From positions 159,278,001-159,342,000 of the forward strand of contig OX597816.1 of the NCBI GenBank assembly GCA_951406725.2: DNA of 64,000 bases, given 5' to 3'. Made by a program: the position numbers and the translations under genes. The DNA is from Octopus vulgaris (taxonomy: Eukaryota). Of this stretch, positions 37,901 to 50,015 are shown one piece after another. The number at the start of each line of letters is the position of its first letter. Positions within the stretch are counted from its first letter, which is position 1. Below the pieces are notes generated by a model. It did not search any database and was not told the DNA's origin. It saw only the letters and a program-made list of their open reading frames with translations.

Positions 37901-39516
37901 GGCATCACCTTGACATTTGTAGCAGTTGACTATGGTACTGCTACATCAGTCATTGGGTATGACTCCTTTGTGAACAACCAGATTTATAATACGGGTGACT
38001 AGACCATAACCCACACTGCCAGATATTTTAAGCATCTCAGCGGTGATTCCTGATGGAGGCTTTCCCTGTCTTCATAACCTTAATTGCTTTATCCACCGAG
38101 GTTCTGTCAATATGGATAGCTGGTCCCTTTGTTGGGTTAACATTTGGCAGACTCTCCTCCTATTCATTCTCCACGTCCAGCAGTCTTTCATAATGGAATT
38201 TCCAAGCCTCTTTCTTTGCAGAATCATTAAATACAAGTGCACCATCATCCATGCGGACACATTCCTCTCTTATGGCCTCACAGTTTTCTCTTGCAATCTG
38301 AAACACTTCAAGTCTTTGGTCCTCATGTCGCTGAACATAGGCAAACTTCTTTTCTACTTCTCCTTTGGCTAGATATACCTGTCTTCTAGCTTCTCTCCTG
38401 GTTATCTGATACAGTTCCTTGCTACCCCCACTTTTCCCCAGGCCTGTTTCTTTGCTCTATTGACCTTGTCTACAGCATCATTCCACCACCACACCACCCT
38501 AGGTCTTGATGGTACTTTGCACCAGCCACAGATTTGGTCTGTGGCACTCAGTAAGCTGTCCCACAGGAAATCCCAGCTGCCCGCTATGTTACAAATCTGT
38601 AGTTCCTCCTCCCTCTCATCAAATTTCTCAATTAGGATGCCCTTAAATCTCTGACCACATGCATCCAAATCCTTTTCAAGATTGGTCTGCTTCTTGGCAT
38701 CCTTCTGGCCTGGAGTCTAAAGTCACTAATGACTAGTCTATGCTGGGGGGTACATTCTTCACCAGGGAAGGTCTTTGTATTTAGGAGCAACCATGCATCC
38801 CACTGTCTGGTGAAAATATAATAGATCTGGCTAGTGTCATCACCTGATTGGTAGGTTATCAGGTGTCTGGCTGGCTTCCTGAAGTTGGTGTTGCAGATCA
38901 ATAGGTTATTCGCATCACAGAACTCCAGTAGCCTTGTTCCCTATTCATTTTGAGAACCAATTCCATGGGCTCTATGTACACCATGGAAGATACCGGGCTG
39001 CTCATTGAAATCCCAGCCATGAAGAGGAAATTGTCATTTGTCTTTGAGGTAGCCTGCAGAAGAATATCATAAAAGTGGTCTTTTTGTTCATTTGGTAGGC
39101 CTGCTTGTGAGACATAATATAACAATTACCTCTGCCTATTTTGCAAGACTAGCCTGACCTTAAGTACTCTATCACACACTGATTACCTCTATGACTTTAT
39201 CCACCAATTTCTCTGCAAGAAGTATGCCCACACCACCTACGCTGTCAGTGTTACCGTCCCAGAAGATTTTATACCTATGTGTCTCTCTTGTAAGGAACTT
39301 GGCTGAAGTTCCTCTCCAACTTACCTCTTGAATGCAACACACATCAACATACCTCCTTTCAAGCATCTCAACCATCTTGCTAGATCTACTGTTCAATGTG
39401 CTTACATCGACAGTGCCAACTCGGAAAACTGGAAAAGAGACAAGAGAGGGAACATGGAAAGGAGAGATGATATTCAACACCTGAAAAGGTTTTAACGATT
39501 GTTTGATAACAGACAT
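34971..39516 (-). mobile_element. Decayed near-full-length RTE-clade LINE, interrupted by a solo LTR
   Basis: APE endonuclease remnant (RVGTV...VDVCCIQEV.W), NTNFRKP, QHRLVISD and WWWNDAV; RT remnants (LLFIIVLQAI, FHYLG, LERNEASML); 3' UTR ending in a degenerate (GAT)n tail. Many stops and frameshifts. 5' boundary approximate. Confidence 0.85.
35460..36569 (-). mobile_element. 1110-bp probable solo LTR of a second family, inserted in the RTE LINE
   Basis: Flanked by CCTC on both sides (35456-35459 and 36570-36573), and the RTE sequence CATTGCCTC|CATGAGG rejoins across it. The minus strand begins TGTAGCAATA and ends TATTTTTATA, with CCAAT (~36355) then TATAAATA (36301-36308) and a downstream AATAAA. 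Confidence 0.72.
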
Positions 39517-39913
39517 GTCACATTAGCTGATCTCACTTTAACCTACCATTATTCAAACATGTTAAAATTGTTGCCCCTATTGGGAGTGAAAGCATTGTCA
39601 ATGTTGAAATTAAGTAAATGAGCTGCTATTGGTTAGTCCATTATAGAGAGAAAGGGGTAGGTGGTTTGTTAATTTACTAAGTAACATATCTTCTTTTGGT
39701 GCATGCAGTAGTGTGGATGATTGCTGCTGATGGTAGTGGGGAGGAGAGAGCTATGCACATCTTCTGGAGCAAAAGCAAGGCAGAGCCTTGTAGGGGTTTC
39801 CAGTGTAAGAGATTTCTGGTACAGGTGTGGGGGCAGGAATGAGTGGGCACAACATGGACAAGTAAAGAAGGCCAGCTTCATCTCAGGAAATAGCAGCCAA
39901 GATAGAAAGACAC

Positions 39914-39917
<4 letters not shown>

Positions 39918-39956
<39 letters not shown>
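39918..39956. repeat. (AG)n microsatellite
   Basis: Direct reading of the sequence. Confidence 0.95.
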
Positions 39957-39959
<3 letters not shown>

Positions 39960-40650
39960 TCAAAAGACTTTATCATTGGAGAAATCATGGCAAGTATAAG
40001 ACATGAGTTATAAAACAAGGAGAGAATGTTTTCAAATTTTAGGGAGAGAGGGAGAGATTGCTGAGGAAATCGTGGCAAAGTATGGAAACACATGGGTTAT
40101 GAAAGAGGGAGAGAATATTGCAAAAATTTAAAGAATTAAAGAATTACGAGTTTTACAAGTTATTTTAAATGAAATTACAGCATGTTAGTATTATGAATTA
40201 GATGAATGAATGAATGAGGAGTGATTAAAACTAAAGAAATACTCTTAACTGAGGTGGTCATTTCATGTGGAATAATAGTGTCAGCAGTAGAGCAAGCAAT
40301 GTGAAATTTTTTTTTTATTGTTTGTAAAAATTAGATAAAGGATAAAAATACTTCCTGAGTCATATTGACTCATAAGGATGGTTTCCCAGATTCTTTGGCA
40401 TATACCCTCACTCCTGGATGGGATGCGAGTCCATCACAGGAAACTTACTTTTGCCAACTGAGTGGACTGGAGCGACATGAAATGAAATGTTTTGCTCAAG
40501 AATATAACACATCGCCCAGTCCAGGCATTGAAACCACAATCTCATGATTAGGAGTCCAATACCTTAACCACTAAGCCATGTGCCACAACTTGCAAAACTT
40601 GGAAACAAAAATAAAGACAAAGAGACAACAGGTTTCAACTTAATTTTATG

Positions 40651-40656
40651 TTTATT
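40651..40656 (-). terminator. Candidate polyadenylation signal ending a ~3.3-kb per 3'UTR
   Basis: AATAAA on the minus strand followed by a GU/U-rich tract (TGTTGTCTCTTTGTCTTTATTTTTG), at the edge of a repeat-poor AT-rich block running from the stop codon. Other AATAAA hexamers exist in the block. Confidence 0.35.
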
Positions 40657-41557
40657 TTGTAATTTACATAATGATACTTAACAAAACAACTGTGAAACAA
40701 AGGAGGAAAGTGGCTTGCAGAGATGCACATTACCATACTCTATATACAACTTTTCAACCCCATGCATTCGTCAAACTTTTATACTCCTTCAACATCGTAC
40801 TAAAATAAAATATGACATGCCTTGTACCTTCTCCATTATTTTCATGTCATTTTTTTTTCTTTTTAACAGATTTAATTACAAAATTGTCCTAATGGAGTGA
40901 ATTAAGTAAACTTGCAGTGAATAATGACTTCACAAAAACAAAAAAAATGTTAAAATTTTTGTTTGGTTTCCATGAAAATTGTATGAATGTTTATGTTTAA
41001 ACTGATGGCATTAGAGTCAGCAATAGCTTACTTCTAAAGATATAAAATAAGTATTCCTTTCAATGAATTTTTTTATAACAAAAATAAATTAAGTTTAGTG
41101 TTCGTTTTTTTTTAAAAAAACTCTCCTATGCATAAAAGACAGGAAGTAAACAAAACAAGAACTTAAATTCAAAATAAAAAGAAAAACTTTTTATGAAAGG
41201 AGATAGAAGTTGGAAAATCTACCAATTTTGTGAAAGACGAAAGAGTGCAACATTTCTGGGTAAAGAATAGAAATACAATTCTTACTCTTGTATGTTTCTG
41301 TTTTAGAGATAAATAAATAGAACAAAGAAATGCTATTTACATAAATACTTCAATAAGCTCTTCTTATATTCAGAGACGTTGAAATTTAAAGGAATTTATT
41401 TTACAAAAGTAAGTCTTTCATTTTATAAAAAGATTTCATGCCTCATCCAAGGTTATAAATTCATAACACATATTACAGATATGTGTATGTGTATCTGCAT
41501 GTGTGGGTGGGTGTTTATGTAGATAAATAAATATATATATATATATATATAAGTAAT

Positions 41558-41708
41558 TTTATTTTGGTTAAGTCAGTCCCCTTGCTATTCTGAGTTCACC
41601 TGTGGTGCACAATGTTTTCAAGCAAATTATGACTTGCAACTTACCTGAAGACAGTGCACTCGGAGGCAAAACTCAGAATAGCAACGAGACTGACTTGACC
41701 AAAATAAA
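41558..41708. repeat. Hairpin-forming MITE copy 1 in the putative per 3'UTR
   Basis: TTTATTTTGGTTAAGTCAGTC..TTGCTATTCTGAGTT ... AACTCAGAATAGCAA..GACTGACTTGACCAAAATAAA inverted arms. Confidence 0.8.
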
Positions 41709-41926
41709 AAAAAAATACTTGACTATGGTACGGAGTACTCTTTTTTCCCTGATATTTTGTGAGTGTGTGTGTATATATATACATACACACTCCAAATGAT
41801 CTGTAACATTTGAACTATTCAAAATATATGTTTATATACTTTACAGCTCTTATATCATTACATATACATATATATATATATATATACCCATTTAGTGTAG
41901 ACTGTTGGAATACAATAGTAGAGAAA

Positions 41927-42052
41927 TTTATTTTGGCTGTGTCAGTCCCTTACAGGGTCTACAGGTAAGTTACAAGTTGTAATTTGCCTGAAAACATTGT
42001 GCACTCACAAGTGAAACTCAGAGTAGCAAGAAACTAGCTTGAGCAAAATAAA
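41927..42052. repeat. MITE copy 2, inverted relative to copy 1
   Basis: Internal CAGGTAAGTTACAAGTTGTAATTTGCCTGAAAACATTGTGCAC is the imperfect reverse complement of the copy 1 core. Confidence 0.75.
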
Positions 42053-43975
42053 TACACACATGTACTTATCTACGTATAAACACACACACACACATATACA
42101 TATTTAGTATCACAAGTAAATCAATACCATTGTAAAATCATTTTCATGATGAATACATAACGTGTAACAAATAATGAGAAATGGTAACTGTATGGAAATG
42201 ATAATCCTTTCATTCTTGATAAATATGTTATTCTATGAAGAATTGAAGAGAAAGGAAGAATACAAAGAAGCAGCAACAAAGGAGAGCTTTCAGATGTATG
42301 TATGTAGTGATAGAAGCAAGCAATTTCATGCTTCTTAGATGGAGAAGTGAACAATGATGTCAAACTGAAAAGAGCTGAATTATTAAATACACAGCACAAA
42401 TTGAGGTTTCCTGTCTCTATGACATTTCATAAGTCAATTCAAAAGTAGTCAACAAACATGAAATTATCAAAGATTTAATACTAACACCTAATACATCTAT
42501 TAATGTGATTGCCAAGATGTATAACCTAGCTTAGATACCTAGTAACATAAAACTGGTAATCACAAGCAAGAAAGAAAGAAATAAGGAGATATTATTTAAA
42601 TAGCTCATTATAGAAGCTTACAGATTCCAAAGTACAAGGTTTTCCATGTGCTTACTTGAATATCTTACAAAATTCAACATTTTATCAAACAGAAGTGCTT
42701 CACTTCAAACTGAGATAAAATTTCTGAACGAATTAAAAGCTCCAAGAGCCATGCTCAACCAAAACAAGTTGAACAATACATAGACAATAAATAATGGAAG
42801 TTTAATATAATTTCTATTTGTAAAGTAATTTTTACTTTTTTCAATGAAATACCAGCAAATGTGTGGAATGTTCAGACATTATGATCCAGCTGCCAATATG
42901 GTTCTAACAATAAGTTAATAACATATAAAGTTTAATGGATTTATGACAAATTCAAATTTACATATTTATAATAATTACAAAGATAAAGAATAGATGTAAT
43001 TATTTTAAATAAATTAAAGGCAATAAATAAGAGTCTGTATAGATATAGTTAGTGAAATTACAATAGAGACTTCAAGAAATTTAAGAGTTTCTCAAGTTCT
43101 ACAAGATGAAAACTAAACATAACTGAGTAAAGAGTTATCCCTATGAAAAAGTTTCAGATTAACTCTTAAAAATAAAAAAATTTAGGACTATTGTTGGATT
43201 AATGCCCATTTTTCCCTGCTGGTTGGTTCTGTAATAGACACATAACTGAAACCTCGTTTAACATTCTCAACAAAACAAGCATAAGTCTTACACAAACACA
43301 TGTAGTGTACATTTTGTCCAAATAAAAAGTAGACAGTTGCAAATTACTTGTATTCATTATCAGACAATTACAGTAAGCAATAAAATATTTCAGATAATGA
43401 ATTACACAGCTGAAAATTAAATACTAGACGTATATTTATATTTTCTTTTTGAGTCAGTATGTTTCTTTAGCTTACTGATGAAAACAATAACAAAAAAAAA
43501 ATAATAATAACAAAGACAAATGGAAAAAAAACTAAAAAGAAACAGTCATTTCATTTTGTTGTTAGTCCAACTATAACAGAATCATTGTTGTTGTTATAAA
43601 ATATTTTCAAATGTTCAATAAATAACAACTACGACAGATATTTTTTTTCGTTTCGTGATAATGATTTCCAATTTTTTTTTTTTTTTTTTAGTGTGTCTAA
43701 TTAATAGCATAAACCAAACATATTTACACCAGTAAATGCTATTGATATATATATATGGAACGCAAACCACTGTTTACAAAAAATAAACTCAATAATACAA
43801 CATGATTGAATTCAAGAAAGATGGAAGGGATCAACTGCATCATCAGCCTCAATTTCTTCTTTTGGAAAGGCCAGACTGGTGAAATTGTTTACAAATAATG
43901 AGCACTTTTGACCATGGATTTCATGTGCTTGTATAATTTTCAATGGAGACTGGTCATAACTGAATTAGGAAAATC

Positions 43976-45316
43976 TTAAATAAAATCATCCTCCTCTGTC
44001 ACCGTCGAAAGGAAAAGCTTATCAAAAACGTCTACATTTCGGCAATTATTTGCTGCCTTTTGTTCTAGTTGAGAAACAAATTTATTGTCTGGTGATGGCA
44101 TTTCTGAAGAGTTCACTATCATGGGTATAGCATATGATGATGATACTCGTGAATTTACAATATTGGATGGTGAATGTAATGAATAAGATGATGACGACGA
44201 TGGCGAAGAAGCTAGTGGCATGAGAACATCATCTGTAGTCTCATCACTTTGAGATTCAGAGTTATTGTCTTTGTTAGTGGTTATATTCTCAGTGGAAGAA
44301 CTATTAGCATTCAAGTCATTTTGGTCCACTGGGGACATTGTTACATCATCAGTTTTAGTTGGCGCAAGAGATAAATTAACAGGTGATAATGATTCTGAGG
44401 GGGAACACGCCATTTCTTGATTCTCTGTTAAACAATTTGTTGTAGTTGTAGTAGCAGAGGTGGTAGTGGCAGAACCGATGGTTGAAAAAGTGATGGCAGT
44501 AGTAGAGGTGGGAGTAGAAGGAACAGTGTCCATTAATTTCTCACTCTCACTATAATCATACGTAGCAGCAGTAGTTTCAGCATCAAGTGAGTTAGTGTCT
44601 TCAATTTCTCCTAACAACGTTTGCAACTGTTCATGTACCATGCTTGATTGCGTCAGATTTACCATTCTTCGGCTATCTGACTCCAGAATGCTGTCCAACT
44701 CTTTTGATGAAATATGGTAGCCCATCTTAATATTCTCATTGAAATCTGCCTTCATGAGCCAATGTGGCTGTTTTGAGGGCCGATTATCAGTCTCCCTCTT
44801 TGGTACCCGGAGTGATAATGGAACAAATAATTCAGAGAAACAATTATAATCAGCTTTCTCCATCAAAGTAGGCTTACTTTCTTCTCCGCTACCATTGTCA
44901 GATTCCTTAGAACCTGAATCTGATTCTTTTGATGCACCATCAGACTCTTTCAAAGAACTGCCAGCCTCCTCATTGCTTCGTTGGTCACTTGTAGTGAGAT
45001 AACTTGAATTTTTTGAAGAACTTTCAGAATTATCATCATCATTATCACTGGATTCAGTTTTTTCAGAGTTCTGCTGTTCCTTATCTTTACCACTCTCCGT
45101 TTTCGCCTCAGTCTTTTCATTTGGTACATTCTTATCTTTTACGTCTCTTGCTTCAAAGACAATTATTTCTGTTTCCTCTTCTGTACTAGCTGAGTTTGAA
45201 GATTGAGGAGAGTCAGCAACTGCTGACTCATCACATTCCTGATCTTTTTCTGACTTGTCGTCTTCGTTTAATTGGGTGGAATTTTCAAAGAATACCAAGA
45301 AATCTTCCTCTTCATT
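43976..45316 (-). CDS. per: period terminal coding exon: acidic Ser/Thr-rich tail with a second Period C-terminal motif
   Basis: TTTCAG acceptor in phase 0, in frame with the 440-aa ORF; stop TAA at 43976-43978; contains QPHWLM...MGY...ILESD...QSSMVHEQL. Confidence 0.87.
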   Translation of the reverse strand, partial: NEEEDFLVFFENSTQLNEDDKSEKDQECDESAVADSPQSSNSASTEEETEIIVFEARDVKDKNVPNEKTEAKTESGKDKEQQNSEKTESSDNDDDNSESSSKNSSYLTTSDQRSNEEAGSSLKESDGASKESDSGSKESDNGSGEESKPTLMEKADYNCFSELFVPLSLRVPKRETDNRPSKQPHWLMKADFNENIKMGYHISSKELDSILESDSRRMVNLTQSSMVHEQLQTLLGEIEDTNSLDAETTAATYDYSESEKLMDTVPSTPTSTTAITFSTIGSATTTSATTTTTNCLTENQEMACSPSESLSPVNLSLAPTKTDDVTMSPVDQNDLNANSSSTENITTNKDNNSESQSDETTDDVLMPLASSPSSSSSYSLHSPSNIVNSRVSSSYAIPMIVNSSEMPSPDNKFVSQLEQKAANNCRNVDVFDKLFLSTVTEEDDFI

Positions 45317-45720
45317 CTGAAAAAAAAATAAAAAAAAAATCGTTTTAGAAAATAATAATAATAATCAAAAGCAGGAAACAAGGAAACATTTTATTTGAAT
45401 TTTCTATTAGAATAAAGAAGTGAAAAGAGGTTATATAGATATATTTAAGTGAAACAAAAAAAACTTTAATTTATGTTCAACACGTTCTCCCTATTAAGTA
45501 AAATCTCAAAACAACTCCATGAGACCTGAGAAGTAACTAATGAATTGTTTTTGTCTTTCTTTTTTGTTAGAGAACACAAAATATTTGTCATTAACTTAAT
45601 AATGTAATTAAAGCTTCAATAGAAAGTTCTGTGCTAATTTCCAATAATATGTGGAATAAGTGAGATTGTTAAAATTGCAATTATTAATTAAATACAGTGG
45701 GGATAATGAAAGAAACTTAC

Positions 45721-45957
45721 AATAACTGGTATGTTACTATTGATAGTGACTTTGAGATCTTTCAGTTGTTCTTGTACAACTTTTGATTGGTACAAAGTGT
45801 TCAAGCGTTCATTGTCTTCTTTTAAAAGATGTTTCAAAGATTTATGTGGTACAGTGTACTTCATTCGAATATTTGTAGACCAGTTAGTATTCTGCAGCCA
45901 AAATGGGTCACGAGGTAAACGTTTATTTTTTCTTACACTTCCAGGATCACTAAAAAT
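45721..45957 (-). CDS. per: period exon with Period C-terminal motif copy 1 (RDPFWLQ...MKYTVPHKSLKHLLKEDNERL...VQEQL)
   Basis: DPxWL...MxYxxPxxxLxxxLKEDxxxL...Q...EQL is the Period_C (CRY-binding/CCID-region) signature. Confidence 0.93.
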
Positions 45958-46235
45958 CTGGAAAAAAAAAAAAGAAAAACAAAATAAGAAAAACAAAAAA
46001 AAGAAGTCAATATTTATCTTAACACTTAACATTATGAGCTTCAGGTAAACAAACAAAATAATTATAAAAAATATATAACAAAAACAAAAAAAGTTTTTTT
46101 TCAGAAAGTTAAAATGTTTGGCAATCACAAGCAGTCTGTATTTGAAAATTATCAAGATATCCTAAAATTATTTTTAGAATTAAATAGAATATCTTTTATT
46201 TAATGCAGGAAATATTACAAAAATAGTCAACGTAC

Positions 46236-46376
46236 ATCCGGGCAAGGCGAACTAGTGTTGCAGCTGCCAGTTTCAAGGAGGTACATGAGGGATGAACTAG
46301 TTTCCTCTTGAGATGTTGTACTGCAGGAGCTTTCAGAAATTTTGAGGTTATGTTTACTTAGAGCTCCTTGTAAATT
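46236..46376 (-). CDS. per: period exon (NLQGALSKHNLKISESSCSTTSQEETSSSLMYLLETGSCNTSSPCPD)
   Basis: 141 nt, phase 0/0, TTACTAG acceptor and GTACGT donor. TSSSLMYLLE resembles the SSxLLxLLL segment that precedes the PER C-terminal domain. Confidence 0.75.
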
Positions 46377-47067
46377 CTAGTAAGAAAAATAAAAACAAAA
46401 GGTTAAATACAGGTTGTTGCTATATTTCACAATTAATTAAAAAACACAGGTGAAAACTTTGCAACAACTTTTTCAACAATAGTACAATATCTATTGTTGT
46501 AAGTAAAATTGTCGAATAATTTATTCAACTTTAACTGATACAGACTGTTCAATACACTACTCTAACTCTTGAGTATACTCCCCAACACAACCTAATTTTC
46601 AGCAAGAGATTAGACTAGTTTACTTAATACCTTAATTCCCCAATGAACCTCTAACAATTCCCAATTGTTACAAAAATGGAATTCTTCTAAAGTAATAACA
46701 CAAACATAAAATTTACTTCACTCTATCCATTAATTTTATAATTTAATATTTGTTTTCCCATGCTAGCTTGCCTAAAATGAGAATAAATTTTGAAGCAGGA
46801 TTTTTATGGTCAGAAGCACTTATCATTAACCCTTGCCTATTCTCAAGTAAGAGATTTTTATTTCAATGCAATTCGAAAGTGCAGAGCTAGCAGACAATTT
46901 TGTAGACAAGAAATGTCAGTGAACTTCACTGTTTACAGCACAACCAGAATAATGAGATCATTGTTTGTAACTGAGTTACAACTCAAATATTCAAATAGAG
47001 GAGAGAATGATTTAACATTAACTAATAATATAAAATCAATTAAGAAAAAGAAAAAGGAAATATTTAC

Positions 47068-47261
47068 CCTTGATGACATCATTGACTCTTTTCTATTTGT
47101 ATTTGGACCACTACTAGATGTAATCTTGGTTTCTTGAGATTTACTTTTGGTCAGATTAGCAGTATTATGTGAATATGGAACAGGAGTATTGAATGCATGG
47201 AACAATCCAGGGACTGATTGATAGAATCTTCCAACAAGTTGTGTTGCTACAAATGGCATAC
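47068..47261 (-). CDS. per: period exon (GMPFVATQLVGRFYQSVPG...RKESMMSSR)
   Basis: Open frame with AG/GT boundaries; phase 1/0 fits both neighbours. Confidence 0.75.
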
Positions 47262-48714
47262 CTTAAATAAACATTTAAATAAGAATGTTATTTTCAAAAA
47301 TAGTATTAGTAAAAAGAATAAAACATTGCTGGGGAAGAAATTTAAATTCATATCATTGCTATTATGTTAAACTGATATATGTCCAAATGCGTTTTTTGCA
47401 ATATTTATTTTTGCTTGCAATAGCCGGTTCTTTTGGTCAAGCTATCATATCTCCAGCTGCTTTAGATGCCAAGATATCAAAAATTTTCAAAGTGTAGTAC
47501 AACAGTTTTGCTATGGAATAGTGTAACTATTTTTTTGTTTTCTGAAAAAGCAATGGTTTGGACTTATGACACTTTTGCATTATAGCAACAATATGAATAT
47601 TCATGTATGTATGATGTTACTGAGCATGAATGATGGTGTACACAAAAGTACTGAAAGAAAGATTGGCATTAAAGTATGTAGATGGTAAATAAAAGCATGT
47701 GACACATCTAGAGGATTCTAGTTACATAAAGAAGAGCTCAGAGTTTCAAATAGATGGAACCTTTGAAAAAGGGAGGCACAACCCAACCTGGGCAAATATA
47801 GAAAAATGTGTGTAAAATGAAGTTGGTGGTGGCAATGGAAAATTAAATGCAAGATATCTATACTGGAGATTCTCTTGACCATTCTGTTGAAATTAAGTTT
47901 CCATATAACTGCTCTCCCCATTTTTTCATAACACTTATCTCCTCACTGTCACTCTTATCATAATGCCTGTGCAACAAGGGATGGCATTGCATTGAATCCA
48001 TAGATATTCAATGCTCTACTTACCACCAACCTTTCTTTATCCCTAGCCATGACTCTCTTTCCACTCACTCCTACCACTCATTACTGATATCCATCACTTC
48101 CACTCTTACCATTAAGTATCTTTATTTCTATCCACCACCCTCCCCCTCCCCCAATTCTATCACCCTGTTTCCCCATCATAATGCACATACTGCTTCTATT
48201 CCATCACATTACCAACAATCCTTATGCAGCTGTCTCTCACTCTAGCTTTACTCTCTTCTCTTTCAGCCTTTTTCTTTGGTCCTCTTCTCTTTACTTGCTG
48301 GGACAAGGCAACAGAGGGAGTGGAAGGTTCTTTCAGTTTTGCCAGAAACAAAATAACTTCTCTCAAGGGCTGGTGCCACTATAAAATGCACCATGTAGCA
48401 CTCAATAAATAGTTTGGCAATAGAAAGGCATCTAGCCATAGAAACTGTGTCACAAATGGAATACAGGATTGGGCATGGTCCCTGACATGTCTAGGAGGAT
48501 AGTAACTGAATAAGAACTAACTTGGAACCAGAACCCATGCTAAATTAGAATTGCTCATGCTAATATGTAAAAGTGAACAGGAAACTGATGATAATTTTGT
48601 TTGGTGATATATTATAAAGAATTATATAAAGTATGATTATCAGAACATTCTAATTACAGTTAATAAGAAATATGTAAATGTTACAATTTTTTTTCATCTC
48701 TAAAGAATAAACTA

Positions 48715-48867
48715 CTGTATTTTAATGTGTATAAGGAACCCCATAAAATTTGGAAAAAGGTTTTTTGTAAGGGATTATAATACTATCCCTACATAAAAAA
48801 AAACTCCCATATATTTTTAACCTAATTTTTGGAAAAAAAAAGGTTCCTTATACTCGTTAAAATATGG
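48715..48867. mobile_element. TA-flanked Tc1/pogo-like MITE
   Basis: TA|CTGTATTTTAATGTGTATAAGGAACC ... GGTTCCTTATACTCGTTAAAATATGG|TA imperfect TIRs. Confidence 0.7.
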
Positions 48868-50015
48868 TAATAATCAACTAAAAACATCATTTTCAGTCAT
48901 ATTATACTAGAAGTAATATTTCAAAAGAACTAAATGAAAGCTGGAATCAAGACAAGGAACAAAAATGTAATCTATGAGATGCAATGGTTGCAAGATTAAA
49001 GAGTTGAGTTACCAGTCATAGGTTCAAATCTTACCATCACCAGTGTAATTGTTCCTGGGTTCATAACTTACTATTACTAGCACTAGTGTATTTGTTCCTG
49101 GGCTCTGCTTGGTAGAAAAGTGTCACTGCTACTTCACTGTTGAGAAGTTAACAATAAGAACAATTTCTAATGAAAATGATTCTTTTTCAAACAGTAACAA
49201 TGTTCCAAAACCCTTAATAGATCATTGGATCACTACTGGATGCTTCATCTTCACAGAATGTTATGGACAGGTCATCTCACTAAGCTACTGACTGAACACA
49301 GAAATTGTAGATATGATGCATGCAATATCTCAACTGGAGGACTAAACTGACATAACAGATTTAGCACAGTCTTTGATACTTGTTTTTAGAATACATATCT
49401 GAATGTATACATACAATCAATCTAACAATAAAATCATTCAAACTTTAATATCAGTTCAGAATTAAATTAAATAAAAAATAACAAGCCCATAACTTTTCTT
49501 GTTCATTATAGAAATAGACAGTAATTTTGATTTTAAAACAGACCTTATGAAAATTCTAGTTGTTATAAAATCCATATTTCATACCAGGAGCTCTTTTAGT
49601 AGCAGTTAGCAAAATAAAAAATATTCCTTTCTCAACCTCATAGCTGTGGGAGCTCTTTAGTTTTGTGAGTCACAGTATGAACTCATTTGTGCTGGTGCCA
49701 TGATAAAATGTACCCAATACACTCTGAAGAGTGGCTGGCAAACCAAGCAATACGAAGTAAGGTTGAAAGGATTCTTAAGTTTTGTTGCTGCCAAAACTGA
49801 CTGAGTGAGATGTGGGCTTTCAACCTGTCTAGGAGATTGGTAACTCCAAATAAAAACTAACTTGCAATATAAAGAAACATCCAATTCATGCCAGCATAGA
49901 AAAATGGATGTAAGATTGTGATAATGATGTTTTTAAATATGATATATTCTTTCAATAAAAAGTATAGAAACAGCCCCAAAACATTATTAAAGTTGACATA
50001 AAATACTATCTTTAC

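Noticed and set aside
43976-45298. The 440-aa ORF as an independent single-exon gene
   Set aside because: It starts at TTG just after an in-frame, phase-compatible splice acceptor and contains a PER motif; better explained as the last per exon.
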